DNA of 64,000 bases from an uncultured Chloroflexia bacterium (GTDB lineage Bacteria > Chloroflexota > Anaerolineae > CG2-30-64-16): positions 444-64,443 of the forward strand of contig CAWAOA010000001.1 of assembly GCA_963783655.1 (NCBI GenBank), written 5' to 3'. Under the pieces are notes generated by a model. The model saw only the letters and a list, made by a program, of their open reading frames with translations. It did no database searches and was not told where the DNA came from. Both the position numbers and the translations under genes were made by a program. Below are positions 47,509 through 62,329 of this stretch, piece after piece. Numbering within the stretch: the first letter of the stretch is position 1; each line of letters begins with the position of its first letter.

Positions 47509-48324
47509 CTATCTGGCTTTCCGGTACAATCGGGTCTTGCCGTCCAGCTCCTGGTAGCGGTCTTCCAGCGGAGCCAACTGGAGCGACTCCCTATCCCCCA
47601 GGCCGAGAATGCCGAAGGGCTCAAGGCTGTCGTACAGCAACTGGTGTACGCGTACTTGAAGGGGCCGGTCGAAATAGATCATCACGTTGCGGCACAATAT
47701 CGCCTGGAACGAATTGAAGGTCCCGTCGCTAACCAGGTTGTGCTGGGCCCACACGATGTTTTGCTGCAGCCACGGATGGAAAACCACGCGGTCGCGATCC
47801 GCCCGGTAGTACTCTGAGAAGGCGCAGCGACCGCCCCCCTGGACGAAGTTGGTCGTGTACTCCTGCATCACGCGGAGCGGATAAGCGCCGGCCCTCGCCT
47901 GGGCCAGGAGCAGCTCGTTCATATCGGTCGCGTACAGGCGGCAGCGATCGTACAGCTCCTCCTCGTGCAGCAGGATGGCCATCGAGTATACCTCCTGCCC
48001 GCTAGAACAGCCCGCGTGCCAGATGCGAACGAAGGGATAGGTGCGGAGCAGCGGCACGACGTTGCGCCGGAAACTCAGATAGAACTCGGGATCCCGGAAC
48101 ATCGCCGTGGTAGTCACCGAAATGGCGGCCAGCAGGCGCTGCATGCAGTCCTCGTCGTGCAGAACACGTTCCTGCAGCCCCGACACGGTCGCCAGGCGCT
48201 CTTCCTGCATGAATCTGTGTGATCCGGCGCCTGAGCGCCGGCTGGGAGTACTGGCGAAAGTCATAGCCAAAGTGACGGTATACGCCCTCGAGCAGCAGGT
48301 CGATCTCGATCTCGTCAAGCGTCA

Positions 48325-48325
<1 letters not shown>
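47509..48325 (-). CDS. cheR: CheR-type protein-glutamate O-methyltransferase, 1 frame break near 48200.
   Basis: ATG 48325 (MTLDEIEIDLLLEGVYRHFGYDFRQYSQ). It continues in ORF 47509-48318: TTAMFRDPEFYLSFRRNVVPLL..VRIWHAGCSSGQEVYSMAILL..LYATDMN..ILCRNVMIYFD. The start overlaps the upstream kinase stop (TGATG). Confidence 0.85.
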
Positions 48326-53534
<5,209 letters not shown>

Positions 53535-53731
53535 GATTCGTCCTCCAGAAATGACTTTTGGTAACGAGGGTTTCTATGACCACAGGAAAGTGCGCGCAGT
53601 TCCGGCGCCTAGATAGCGCGAGGTTATCACAATTTTGATAATTTGTGGAGCATCAATAGTCTGTCAGATCAATACCGGTTAACGATGTGGGGGTGACCAG
53701 CTATCATTCTGACGTGCCCATCCGCCGGCCA

Positions 53732-53759
53732 TTGACTCACGCCGCGCGGGGAGTATGAT
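53732..53759 (+). promoter_or_regulatory. Candidate sigma70-type promoter of the second PEP-utilising enzyme gene.
   Basis: TTGACT (53732-53737), a 16-nt spacer, then TATGAT (53754-53759). GGAAGG lies just before ATG 53777/53786. Confidence 0.4.
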
Positions 53760-53776
53760 GCAAGTGAAACGGAAGG

Positions 53777-56575
53777 ATGGCGAAAATGCGTCCATTAGTT
53801 CTCGCGCTGGATAGCGACCAAGCAACGCTCGAGCTTACCGGTGGAAAGGGCGCCTCGCTGGCGCGCATGGCGGCGGCCGGATTGCCGGTGCCCCCCGGCT
53901 TCCACATCACCACGCACGCATACGAGCGCTTCGTCGCCGAAAACGCGTTGGAGTCGGCTCTCCGCGGCACGGTCCGCCCGGCCTCTGCCGGCGATTACGC
54001 GTCCTTCGACCGCGACTCGGCAGCCATCCTGGCAGCGGCCAGGATGGGCGCGCTGGCAGCGGCCAGGATGCCGGAGGACGTCGCGCAGGCGATCCGGAGC
54101 GCATACGCTGAGCTCTCCACACAGGGCGAGGCGGTCGCGGTTCGCTCTTCGGCCACCGCCGAGGACCTGCCGGAAATGTCGTTCGCCGGGCAGCATGAGA
54201 CTTTCCTCAATATAGTGGGCGAGGCGGAGCTGATGGCGGCGGTCCAGCGCTGTTGGGGCTCGCTGTGGACCCCGCGTGCGGTGGCTTACCGCGCCCGTAA
54301 CGAGATCCCCGCGGAGCAAGTCAGGATGGCGGTGGTCGTGCAGCGGCTGGTCCCGGCCGACGTGGCCGGCATCCTCTTCACTGCGAATCCGGTGACCGGC
54401 GAGCGGGATGAGGTGATGATCAACGCCGCCTGGGGGCTGGGCGAAGCGATCGTAGGTGGGCTGGTGACCCCCGACACGATCGTTGCCCAGAAGGCAAGCG
54501 GGGAGATCGTGAGCCGGCAGATCGCCGACAAGGCGACCATGACGGTCCGCACGCCGGGCGGCACAGTCGAAGCGCCGGTGCCGGACGATCTCCGCAAGCA
54601 GCCGGCCCTCGATCTGGAACAGACCGCCCGGCTGGTGCGCCTGGGCGCTCGCATCGAGGAGCTGTACGGCCGGCCGGTGGATGTCGAATGGGCGATCCAC
54701 GACGGCGAGATATTCGTGCTGCAGGCGCGGCCGGTCACCGCGCTGCCGGCTCCGGCATCTGCTGCGTCCCTGGAATGGCGGGTCCTGCGTCCGGGTGGGA
54801 GGTACATGCGCGGCAGCATCACCGAGCTATTACCCGACCCGCTCACGCCACTCTTTGCGAGCCTGGGTCTGCCGCGCTGGAACGAAGCCATGGTAGAGTT
54901 CGGCTACGAGATCGGACTGGGAGAAGCGATGCGAAGCTTCCAACTGGTCACGATCAACGACTACGCCTACTATGACTTCGGCATCGACGCCCGGCAAACC
55001 TTCCAGCTGGTGACCGGCCTCGGGGGGATGATCGCGCGTTTCGGTCCCACGTTCTTGCAGGGTGAGCGGCGCTGGGCAGAGGAGGCTCGTCCCGCCTATG
55101 CTGCGATCGTCGACCGGTGGAAGGCGGCGCCGGTCGGGGAGGCGCCGGCGACAGAACTGCTGGAGGGCGTGAAGACGATCACACTCGCCGCCGGCCGCCA
55201 CTACCTTTCGGTGCAAAGCGGCATTCTCCCGCTGGCGTACATGACCGAGTCGATCTTTACAGCCTTCTACAACCGGTTCGTCAGGCGCGCCGGCGATCCA
55301 CCGGCGCCTACTTATCTCCTGGGCTTTGACAGCGCGCCGATCCGGGCCGAGAAGTCTCTCTACGACCTTGCCCGGTGGGTGCGAACGCAGGAGCCCTTGC
55401 GCGCGCATATCGTGCGCACGCCGAGCTCCGAACTGGTCGACCGGTACCGGACAGGCGCGCAAGTCGACGAGGTGGGGGATGCGTGGGGGGAATTCCGCGA
55501 TCGCTTCGGCGCACACCTGGAGCGCTTCGGGCACGCCATCTACGACCTGGACTTCTCCAAACCCATCCCGTACGACGAGCCGGCCCCCTGGATCGAAGCG
55601 CTCAAATTTGCCGTTGGCGACGAGGCTCCCGACCCATATGAACGGCAGTCCAAGGCAGCGGCTGCGCGCGAAGCAGCCACCCGCGACGTGCTCGGCCGGC
55701 TGAAGGGCCGCCGGCTCGCGCTATTCCGGCGCCTGTTAGGCAATGCCCAGCGCTTTGCGCCTCTGCGCGAGGATGTGCTGGCCGATATAGGGCTGGGTTG
55801 GCCGGTATTGCGGCGCATGCTGCACGAGCTCGGCCGGCGCCTGGTGCAGGCGGGTACACTAAACGGAATCGAGGACGTATTCTACCTGCAGGCGGATGAG
55901 CTGGAGACTGCGGCCCAGGCCCTAGATGCAGGGCAATCTGTCCGCGAGTACCAGGAACAGGTGGCCGGGCGACGTGCCAGATGGATGGAAGAGCGAGCGG
56001 TGACACCACCTCTGGGGCTGCCGCCAAAGGAGGGCACCAGGTTCCTGGGGTTTGACTTCAGCCGTTTCGCGTCGGCCCGCGACGAACAGCCGGAGGGCAA
56101 CACGATCCTGGGAACGGGCACCAGTCCCGGCCGGGTAACAGGGCGAGCGCGTGTGATCCTCGGCCCTGAGGAGTTTGGCCAGATGGTGCACGGGGATATC
56201 CTGGTCGCCAGGATCACCACGCCGGCGTGGACCCCGCTCTTCGTCCTCGCGAGCGGAGTGGTGACCGACATCGGCGGACCTCTCAGCCACGGCTCGATCG
56301 TGGCACGGGAGTATCACATCCCGGCGGTGCTCGGCACCGGCGTGGCTACCGAACGGATTCACAGCGGCGAACGCGTGGCGGTTGACGGCGACGCCGGCAC
56401 AGTGGCGCTGATCGATCGGAGCACGGCCGCGCAACCGGCCACGCTCGCCGAAATACCACCGGCCGCCCCGCGGAAGCGGCTGCTCGCGGTGATGGCAGGC
56501 ACGGGACTGCTCGGCGCCGGGCTGCTGGCTCTGGCCTGGCTTCGCCGCAGCCGCAGGCGGGCGAGCCGGTCCTGA
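53777..56575 (+). CDS. PEP-utilising enzyme (PpsA/rifampicin-phosphotransferase-like) with a C-terminal TM anchor; intact 932-aa frame.
   Basis: TLELTGGKGASLARMAAAGLPVPPGFHITTHAY. VAVRSSATAEDLPEMSFAGQHETFLNI. ILVARITTPAWTPLFVLASGVVTDIGGPLSHGSIVAREYHIPAVLG. Extra tail RKRLLAVMAGTGLLGAGLLALAWLRRSRRRASRS. Confidence 0.9.
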   Translation: MAKMRPLVLALDSDQATLELTGGKGASLARMAAAGLPVPPGFHITTHAYERFVAENALESALRGTVRPASAGDYASFDRDSAAILAAARMGALAAARMPEDVAQAIRSAYAELSTQGEAVAVRSSATAEDLPEMSFAGQHETFLNIVGEAELMAAVQRCWGSLWTPRAVAYRARNEIPAEQVRMAVVVQRLVPADVAGILFTANPVTGERDEVMINAAWGLGEAIVGGLVTPDTIVAQKASGEIVSRQIADKATMTVRTPGGTVEAPVPDDLRKQPALDLEQTARLVRLGARIEELYGRPVDVEWAIHDGEIFVLQARPVTALPAPASAASLEWRVLRPGGRYMRGSITELLPDPLTPLFASLGLPRWNEAMVEFGYEIGLGEAMRSFQLVTINDYAYYDFGIDARQTFQLVTGLGGMIARFGPTFLQGERRWAEEARPAYAAIVDRWKAAPVGEAPATELLEGVKTITLAAGRHYLSVQSGILPLAYMTESIFTAFYNRFVRRAGDPPAPTYLLGFDSAPIRAEKSLYDLARWVRTQEPLRAHIVRTPSSELVDRYRTGAQVDEVGDAWGEFRDRFGAHLERFGHAIYDLDFSKPIPYDEPAPWIEALKFAVGDEAPDPYERQSKAAAAREAATRDVLGRLKGRRLALFRRLLGNAQRFAPLREDVLADIGLGWPVLRRMLHELGRRLVQAGTLNGIEDVFYLQADELETAAQALDAGQSVREYQEQVAGRRARWMEERAVTPPLGLPPKEGTRFLGFDFSRFASARDEQPEGNTILGTGTSPGRVTGRARVILGPEEFGQMVHGDILVARITTPAWTPLFVLASGVVTDIGGPLSHGSIVAREYHIPAVLGTGVATERIHSGERVAVDGDAGTVALIDRSTAAQPATLAEIPPAAPRKRLLAVMAGTGLLGAGLLALAWLRRSRRRASRS

Positions 56576-56624
56576 CCGGCCGGAAAGGCCAGGGTGGATG
56601 CAGGAACCGCCGGCAGCGCCTGCG

Positions 56625-57924
56625 TCAGTAGCGCGCCACGATCAGCTTGTCCGCACCGGATTCCGCACCCCAAACCTCGCCGCGCCTGCCGAGCAGCTGC
56701 CGCACTTGCGCGTTGCCGCTGGGGATGGGGAAAGAGCGGAATTCCTCGGTTTCGGGCACAAAGCGCACCAGGGCATTGGCGGCGAAGTCGCTGAGCCACA
56801 CGTGGTCGTTTTCGTCGACATAGACGGAATAGGCCAGCGGGCTCTGTCCCGGCAGCCGCCACTCTCGCCACCGGTCGCTCGCCGGGTCATACATGCCGAC
56901 CTTGCCCACGTTCCATTCGCTGACCCAGATGCGGCCGCGCGAGTCGGCCCAGACGCGCCGTGCTCCCTGCCCTGCCGTGGGCGGCTCGATCACCTTTGCC
57001 GTACCGGCCGTTACGTCGATGCGAGCGATGTGGTTACCCGCTAACGACGCGTAGTAGACGGCGCCGTCCGGCGAGGTGTGGATACCATATGGCCCCCGTC
57101 CCCGGGGCGCCTCGAATACCTCAAGCTTTCCATCCCTGGGATCGAGCCGGCCGTAAAAGCCGTTCTGCCCGGTGAACCAGAGGATGCCGCGCCGGTCGAA
57201 GGTCGCGGTATTGAGGTTAGCACGGCCGGCGCGGGCAGCGGGAAGGACCGGACGGCCAGCGTCTGTCGGGTCCACGCGGACGATGGCATTCAGCCCCGAG
57301 TCGGTCACCCAGGCGGCGCCGTCAGGCCCGACGATCACCCCGTGAGGTGCGGACCCTGCGCCCAGCTTGACCGAATCGATCTTCCCACTGGCAGGATCCA
57401 GCCGCCCAAGCTCGCCGATTGACTGGGCCGTATACCACACCGTACCATCCGGGGCGGGCGCAACATCGTGCGGGTGCGAACCGGCCGGAACCTGGTATTC
57501 GGTGAGGGTAACGTTTGCGGGTACGGCGGCGCGGGAAGCGGCTGTCGGGACTGCGGCCGGAGGGGCGGTTCCCGCAGCCGGCGCGGGCGATGCCGCGCTT
57601 GCGGTGCCGCGTGATGCCCACGGTTGGCGCATCCGTCGTCCCCGTGGGGGCAAGTCTCGCAGTTGGCAGCGGCGTGGCGCCGGCCGCGGTCGGGGGAGCG
57701 GCGGCGCGCGTGGCGGTAACGCCCGGCCCGGCTGCCGGGCTGGAAATCACCGGGGCAGCCGCGGTGGCCGGTGCGGCAGGCGATACGGTTGCGGCCAACG
57801 TACCGGCCACAGCCGCCGGCGTGCTGCCCGGAGCCGGCGAGCCGGTACAGCCGGCCAGCACGAAAGCCAGTGAAATCAGGCTTGCCAGGACCGGCAAAAG
57901 CCTCGATCGGGGGCACTCACGCAT
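56625..57924 (-). CDS. Vgb-like (virginiamycin B lyase family) beta-propeller lipoprotein, 1 frame break near 57600-57650.
   Basis: N-terminus MRECPRSRLLPVLASLISLAFVLAGCTGS (lipobox) plus a P/A/T-rich linker (ORF 57322-57924). Propeller repeats PHDVAPAPDGTVWYT, PHGVIVGPDGAAWVTD, PYGIHTSPDGAVYYAS, ARRVWADSRGRIWVSEW (ORF 56625-57653). Confidence 0.75.
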
Positions 57925-58044
57925 GATTCTCCTCGCGCATCGTTTCCTGCCGGCAGGCAGCCGTGTCCGGGAGCAAGCTCAGCCTACTGGATGATCCGTG
58001 CGCGGGAAGTGACCGGCGCCACACTCAGCGCCACGCCGTGCCCG

Positions 58045-58429
58045 TCAGAGCTCGTGCGCGTGTTGCTTGAAGTAATCGAGCTGCGCCACTGCCTCGCCGA
58101 CGTAGTCTTTGACGAGCTGGGGATCGAAATCCGCCATCGATTTGTAGTCGATCGTCTTCAAAGTGGCGGAGCCGGCGCGCAGCACTCCGCGCGGGTCTTT
58201 CAAGAGCACGCCGTAGAGGAACCTCAGGTTGGCGGCGTTCTTGGTCACACCAACGGCGCAGATCCAATTCCGGAAATCTCCGTTCAGCCCGTACATCAGC
58301 ATCTTGTACGAGATGCGCGTGTCCAGATCGGGCTGCGCGGCCATGAACGGCGCGGTGGACCGCTTCCACCAATGGCGCGAAGCGCGGGTCAACACCGGCG
58401 AGAAAGGCTTCATAAGGGGTTTCGCTCAT
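58045..58429 (-). CDS. DUF1801 (YdhG-like) domain protein, 1 frame break.
   Basis: MSETPYEAFLAGVDPRFAPLVEAVHRAV (ORF 58025-58429), then ..DLDTRISYKMLMYGLNGDFRNWICAVGVTKNAANLRFLYGVLLKDP.. (ORF 58045-58413). Confidence 0.65.
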
Positions 58430-58607
58430 TGGCTCCGGCTCCTGTGTGTTGCGTGTCGTGAACGAGAAATTATGGCTCTGTTCCAGACCAGCGTTGGTCA
58501 GCCGAACTCTCCCCCGAGAGGCGTCTGACTGTCTTGACGATAACTATCGGATGGCGCGGTTGGCAGGGCGCGTAGCTGAGCGTAGCGCAGTTGGTGACGT
58601 GCGGCTC

Positions 58608-59147
58608 TCAGCAGTCGAACACCGACCAGCAGATGTCGTTCCGCAACCGCTGGTCGTCGAGTACGAGCTCGCGAATCGCCTCCGGGAGCTGGTCGCGCTG
58701 CCACCGGCACTCGAGTCGCCCTGCGCTCTCGCCCTCTCCTTCCGGCGCGGCAGCACGTGCGGCCTTGATCGCATAGGCGGCCGCACCGAGCTCGTGCGCG
58801 GCGACGTGTGCGACGGCCGCGGCCTGGCCGGCAGCGTACGCGGCATGCCGTGCTGCCCCACTCAGGTCTCTGGCCGCGGCCATTGCATGGCCGGCCGCCG
58901 TGCGAGCCTGGGACATCGTGATCTCGCCACGCACCCAGGCGCGGGCCTGCTCGATCGCCTGACGCGGTCGCGGGTCCTCAGGCTGAGCCGACTCGAAGAG
59001 GTCAAGGACGTGCTCCGCGCACGATGCCGCCCACAGGGCGAGGAGCTGGTGATCCGAATCGGTGAGGGTCCCACCGCGGCGGATCGTCACGAAACGAGGG
59101 TCGCGGTCTTTCGGGAGGATCACACCCAGCACCCCTTCTGCTCGCAT
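58608..59147 (-). CDS. Conserved hypothetical helical protein (a family I recall being labelled putative immunity protein; uncertain).
   Basis: Intact 179-aa ORF: ..DPRFVTIRRGGTLTDSDHQLLALWAASCAEHVLDLFE..ARHAAYAAGQAAAVAHVAAHELGAAAYAIKAA..LRNDICWSVF. Confidence 0.45.
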   Translation of the reverse strand: MRAEGVLGVILPKDRDPRFVTIRRGGTLTDSDHQLLALWAASCAEHVLDLFESAQPEDPRPRQAIEQARAWVRGEITMSQARTAAGHAMAAARDLSGAARHAAYAAGQAAAVAHVAAHELGAAAYAIKAARAAAPEGEGESAGRLECRWQRDQLPEAIRELVLDDQRLRNDICWSVFDC

Positions 59148-59279
59148 CTGCCCAACATGTAAATAGCTGGCTCATCTACACGACTCGTTCTAGTCTGTAC
59201 CACGGCGAATCCTGAGAGCCCCCTTCCCTTCTGCTGCGGTTCAATTCTCCCACACGGCTGGGCCGGGTGCAAGCACAAA

Positions 59280-59474
59280 GTCTTGATGGGGCGCACCGCA
59301 CGCCGGGGGCGATTTGTAGGATACGCTATGCGTGCCGATGTTGTCCCGTGTACGGGGTAGAGAACGCGCTGGGGCAACCAGCTAGCCCGCTCTGCCCCGC
59401 ACACGGGACAACATCGGCACGCATAGCGTATCCTACATTCGGCCCCCAACGTCGGATGCACCCGTCTTGATGGG
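59280..59474. mobile_element. Long near-perfect inverted repeat (48-nt arms) bracketed by an 11-bp direct repeat; MITE-like or a structured RNA.
   Basis: Arms 59315-59362 and 59390-59437 are complementary with 2 mismatches and are separated by a 27-nt loop. Weaker pairing extends to 59292 and 59462. The direct repeat GTCTTGATGGG is at 59280-59290 and 59464-59474. Confidence 0.65.
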
Positions 59475-59581
59475 CGCGTGTCTCCAGGCGACAGACCTGC
59501 TTGCAGCCGATTATACGGCTAATGGTGCGATGCCCGGCGTTCAGGGTCAGTTAACAACGCTAAACTGGAACAGAGCCGAAA

Positions 59582-60389
59582 TTACGCACCGATCGCCCGG
59601 AGGTAGCGGTCTGCCGACCGGCGGACTGCGCCGTGCCCGTCCTCGGCGACGATCCGCTCCCACCACGCACCGTAGATCCGGTCAAACCGGAACGGCTCAA
59701 CGGCGGAGACGATTCTGCGAATCGTGGCGGCCGGCAGCGGAATGAGATTCGGGTAGCTGTACATGAAGCTGACCCAGCGGCGGTCCATAACCACGGTGAT
59801 GATGTCGCCCGACAGGAGCGCGCCCTTGCCCTCGGCGCCGTCCGCCCAGTGCAGCACCGTCCCGCCGGCAAAGTGCCCACCGCAGTGAATCAGGGTGAGG
59901 CCGGGCAGCAGCTCTTTCGTATCGCCTTCCCAGAAATGCACCCCCGGATCAGGACGCATGACCCACTGCCGGTCGCCTGCGTGCAGGTAGATCGGGCGCA
60001 TTGAACGCGTGGGACCACTCTACCATCGATGCGTAGTAGTGCGGATGCGAGACGGCTATCGCCGAAATGCCGCCCAGCGCATTCACGGCGGCGCACGTGG
60101 GGTCGTCCAACAGACTGATGCAGTCCCACAATACGTTTCCGGCGGGGGTCTGCACCAGGAGGGCGCGCTGCGCGATGGCGAAATCCGGGTGCGTTCCGAT
60201 GCCCGTCAGGCGCGGGTCGACCGGCCGGATGATATTATGGTGCGAGTCACGCAGCGCATCGAGGGTTGTCCACTGCTGCCCCTTGAAGCCGATGTACTGG
60301 CGTTCGTCCTCGCAGATAAGGCAATGTTCGGGCGGTTGCCCGGTTGCCGGATACTGCGTTCCGCAGGTAGCACAGATGTAGTGGGTCAC
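59582..60389 (-). CDS. MBL-fold metallo-hydrolase, 1 frame break near 60000.
   Basis: GGAGGGAGAC precedes GTG 60389 (VTHYICATCGTQYPATGQPPEHCLICEDERQYIG). ..ISAIAVSHPHYYASMVEWSHAF.. (ORF 59949-60518). ..LIHCGGHFAGGTVLHW.. (ORF 59582-60001). Confidence 0.75.
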
Positions 60390-60517
60390 GTCTCCCTCCG
60401 GTGCGCCGCCTGGCGGCCGGCAGCGTATTGCGGCGCCGGATGCACAGGATAGCGGGCCGGGGACGCGCTCACTGCAAGCCAGCCTCCAGGCGGACGAGAG
60501 TCGCCGCTTGTGAACCA

Positions 60518-60560
60518 CCGTTCGGCTGCCTGCGGAAGGGCGCGGCAGGCAGCCGAACGG
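60518..60560 (-). terminator. 16-bp-stem hairpin downstream of the TetR gene end.
   Basis: CCGTTCGGCTGCCTGC (60518-60533) pairs with GCAGGCAGCCGAACGG (60545-60560) across an 11-nt loop. Confidence 0.45.
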
Positions 60561-60592
60561 CGCTCATCCGAGCGTCACCCGGGTGAACGGCT

Positions 60593-61169
60593 TCAACGGG
60601 GGCAGTGCGCGTCAATCAGCTGCCGCGCGGTCTCAGCCAGGCTCGCAGCCGGATTGTCGGGTGAGGCGCCGAAGACGCGTGCTGCCATGTAAGCTCCATC
60701 CATCAGCAGAACCAGGGAATCTGCGAGAACGTCCGGCCGGCGCGCGCCTGCTTCCGTTGCCAGTTGCCGATAATCGCGCCCGTACCGCTTGCTTGTGCTC
60801 CACCGCCACCCGATGTCCCACGTGATCGCTCTGGGGGTACTCGCTCGCCACATTGAGAAACGGACATCCATGGCAGGCCGGGCTCAACACGTATTCCTGC
60901 AGAGCCGCAAAGAACGCCAGCAGCTTCTCGCGTGCGTCTGGCGCGGCTTTCGTGATCTGCTCGAAATTTCCCCAGAATTCGCCGTCGCTATCGCGCAGGT
61001 AAGCGAGGATCAGATCGTCCTTAGACGGGTAATGCCGGTACAGGGTCATCTTGCCGATGCCCGACTCGGCGGCGATCGTGTCGACGCCGGTAGCGCGGTA
61101 ACCATGCCGGTAAAACAGGCGCGCTGCGGTCTGAAAGAGCAATTCTCGTGGGCTTGCGCGGTGACTCAT
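60593..61169 (-). CDS. TetR-family transcriptional regulator, 1 frame break near 60790.
   Basis: GAGGGGA precedes ATG 61169 (MSHRASPRELLFQTAARLFYRHGYRATGVDTIAAESGIGKMTLYRHYPSKDDLILAYL). The C-terminus is in ORF 60593-60871 (..ADSLVLLMDGAYMAARVFG..). Confidence 0.8.
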
Positions 61170-61181
61170 TCGATTCCCCTC

Positions 61182-61243
61182 TTGACATGATACAGATCTG
61201 TATCGTATCATCCATCAAACGATACAGATCTGTATCGTATCAT
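61182..61243 (+). promoter_or_regulatory. Promoter TTGACA-18-TATCAT with two identical 23-bp operator copies, each containing a 16-bp perfect palindrome.
   Basis: GATACAGATCTGTATCGTATCAT occurs at 61189-61211 and 61221-61243. The palindrome is GATACAGATCTGTATC. TTGACA is at 61182-61187 and TATCAT at 61206-61211. Confidence 0.65.
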
Positions 61244-61301
61244 GTTTCGCCGGCCGGCGCAATGCTACTGGGGGTCAGATGTGGAAGAAAATCACGGGCA
61301 G

Positions 61302-62266
61302 ATGAATTCAAGCGTCTTGGGCCGCACGGACCTGCAAGTGCCCCGGCTGGGAGTCGGGGCGATGACGTGGGGCGACGCCAGGGGGCTGGCGCGGCTCCAC
61401 CCGGCCAAGCTGGCTTATGGCGGCGCGCACGGCTACGACGAGGAGAAGGCCGCGCTGGAGGCGAGCGTGGCTGCAGGCGTGACCTTGTTCGACACGGCGG
61501 CCATGTACAGCGGCGGCGCCTCCGAACGGCGCCTGGGAGAGCTGGCGCGCGGCAAGGAGGTGGTGATTGCCACCAAGTTCCCGCCTGGCTTCTTCTCGCG
61601 CACGGAGAGCATGCCGGAAGCGCTCGAGGCCAGTATCGCGCGCCTGGGGCGGGTCGATCTGTACCAGCATCACTTCCCCTCCAACCGGGTTTCCATCCCG
61701 CGGCTGATGGATCTGATGGCCGATGCAGTCGAGGCGGGAAAGATCAAGGCAGTCGGCGTCAGCAACTACTCGGCGGAACAGATGCGGATCGCGCACGCGG
61801 CGCTGGCCGGGCGCGGCATTCCGCTCGCCTCGAACCAGGTCGAGTATTCGCTTCTGCACCGGCAGCCGGAGGTGAGACGGCGTGCTCGACGCCTGCCGCG
61901 AGCTGGGGATCACGCTGATCGCCTACCAGCCGCTGGCGGGCGGCGCGCTGACCGGCAAGTACAAGGCCGGTGACAGGCCAACGGGCTTGAGGCGCTTCAT
62001 GCCGTACTTCCGGCGGCAGGGGACTGGAGGCGTTGGCGCCGGTCGTGTCGGCTGCTGCGGGAGATCGGCGAGCGCTACGGCAAGAGCCCGGCCCAGGTCG
62101 CGCTGCGCTGGCTGATCGAAAACGAAATGGTCCTGCCGATCCCCGGCGCAAAGAACGGCAAGCAGGCCGCCGACAACGCCGAGCGCTCTCGTTCTGCCTC
62201 GAACCGGAGGAGATCGATGCGCTGAACACGGCAACTCTGGCATGGCGCGGCCCTGGTGGCCGGTGA
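61302..62266 (+). CDS. Aldo/keto reductase, 2 frame breaks.
   Basis: [85 protein letters not shown] (ORF 61242-61973). [26 protein letters not shown] (ORF 61882-62115). ..[18 protein letters not shown].. The gene ends at 62266. Confidence 0.8.
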
Positions 62267-62329
62267 TCCCCGGCTCGATCGGGCTCACGATGGCGATCTG
62301 GCGCAGGTAAGAGGGTGGTGCGGTGACGA

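Noticed and set aside
59120-59470. Two overlapping ORFs on opposite strands encoding similar Cys-rich peptides (..CRIRYACRCCPV..).
   Set aside because: The similarity is a by-product of translating both arms of a 48-nt palindrome. There is no RBS and no coding-like composition.
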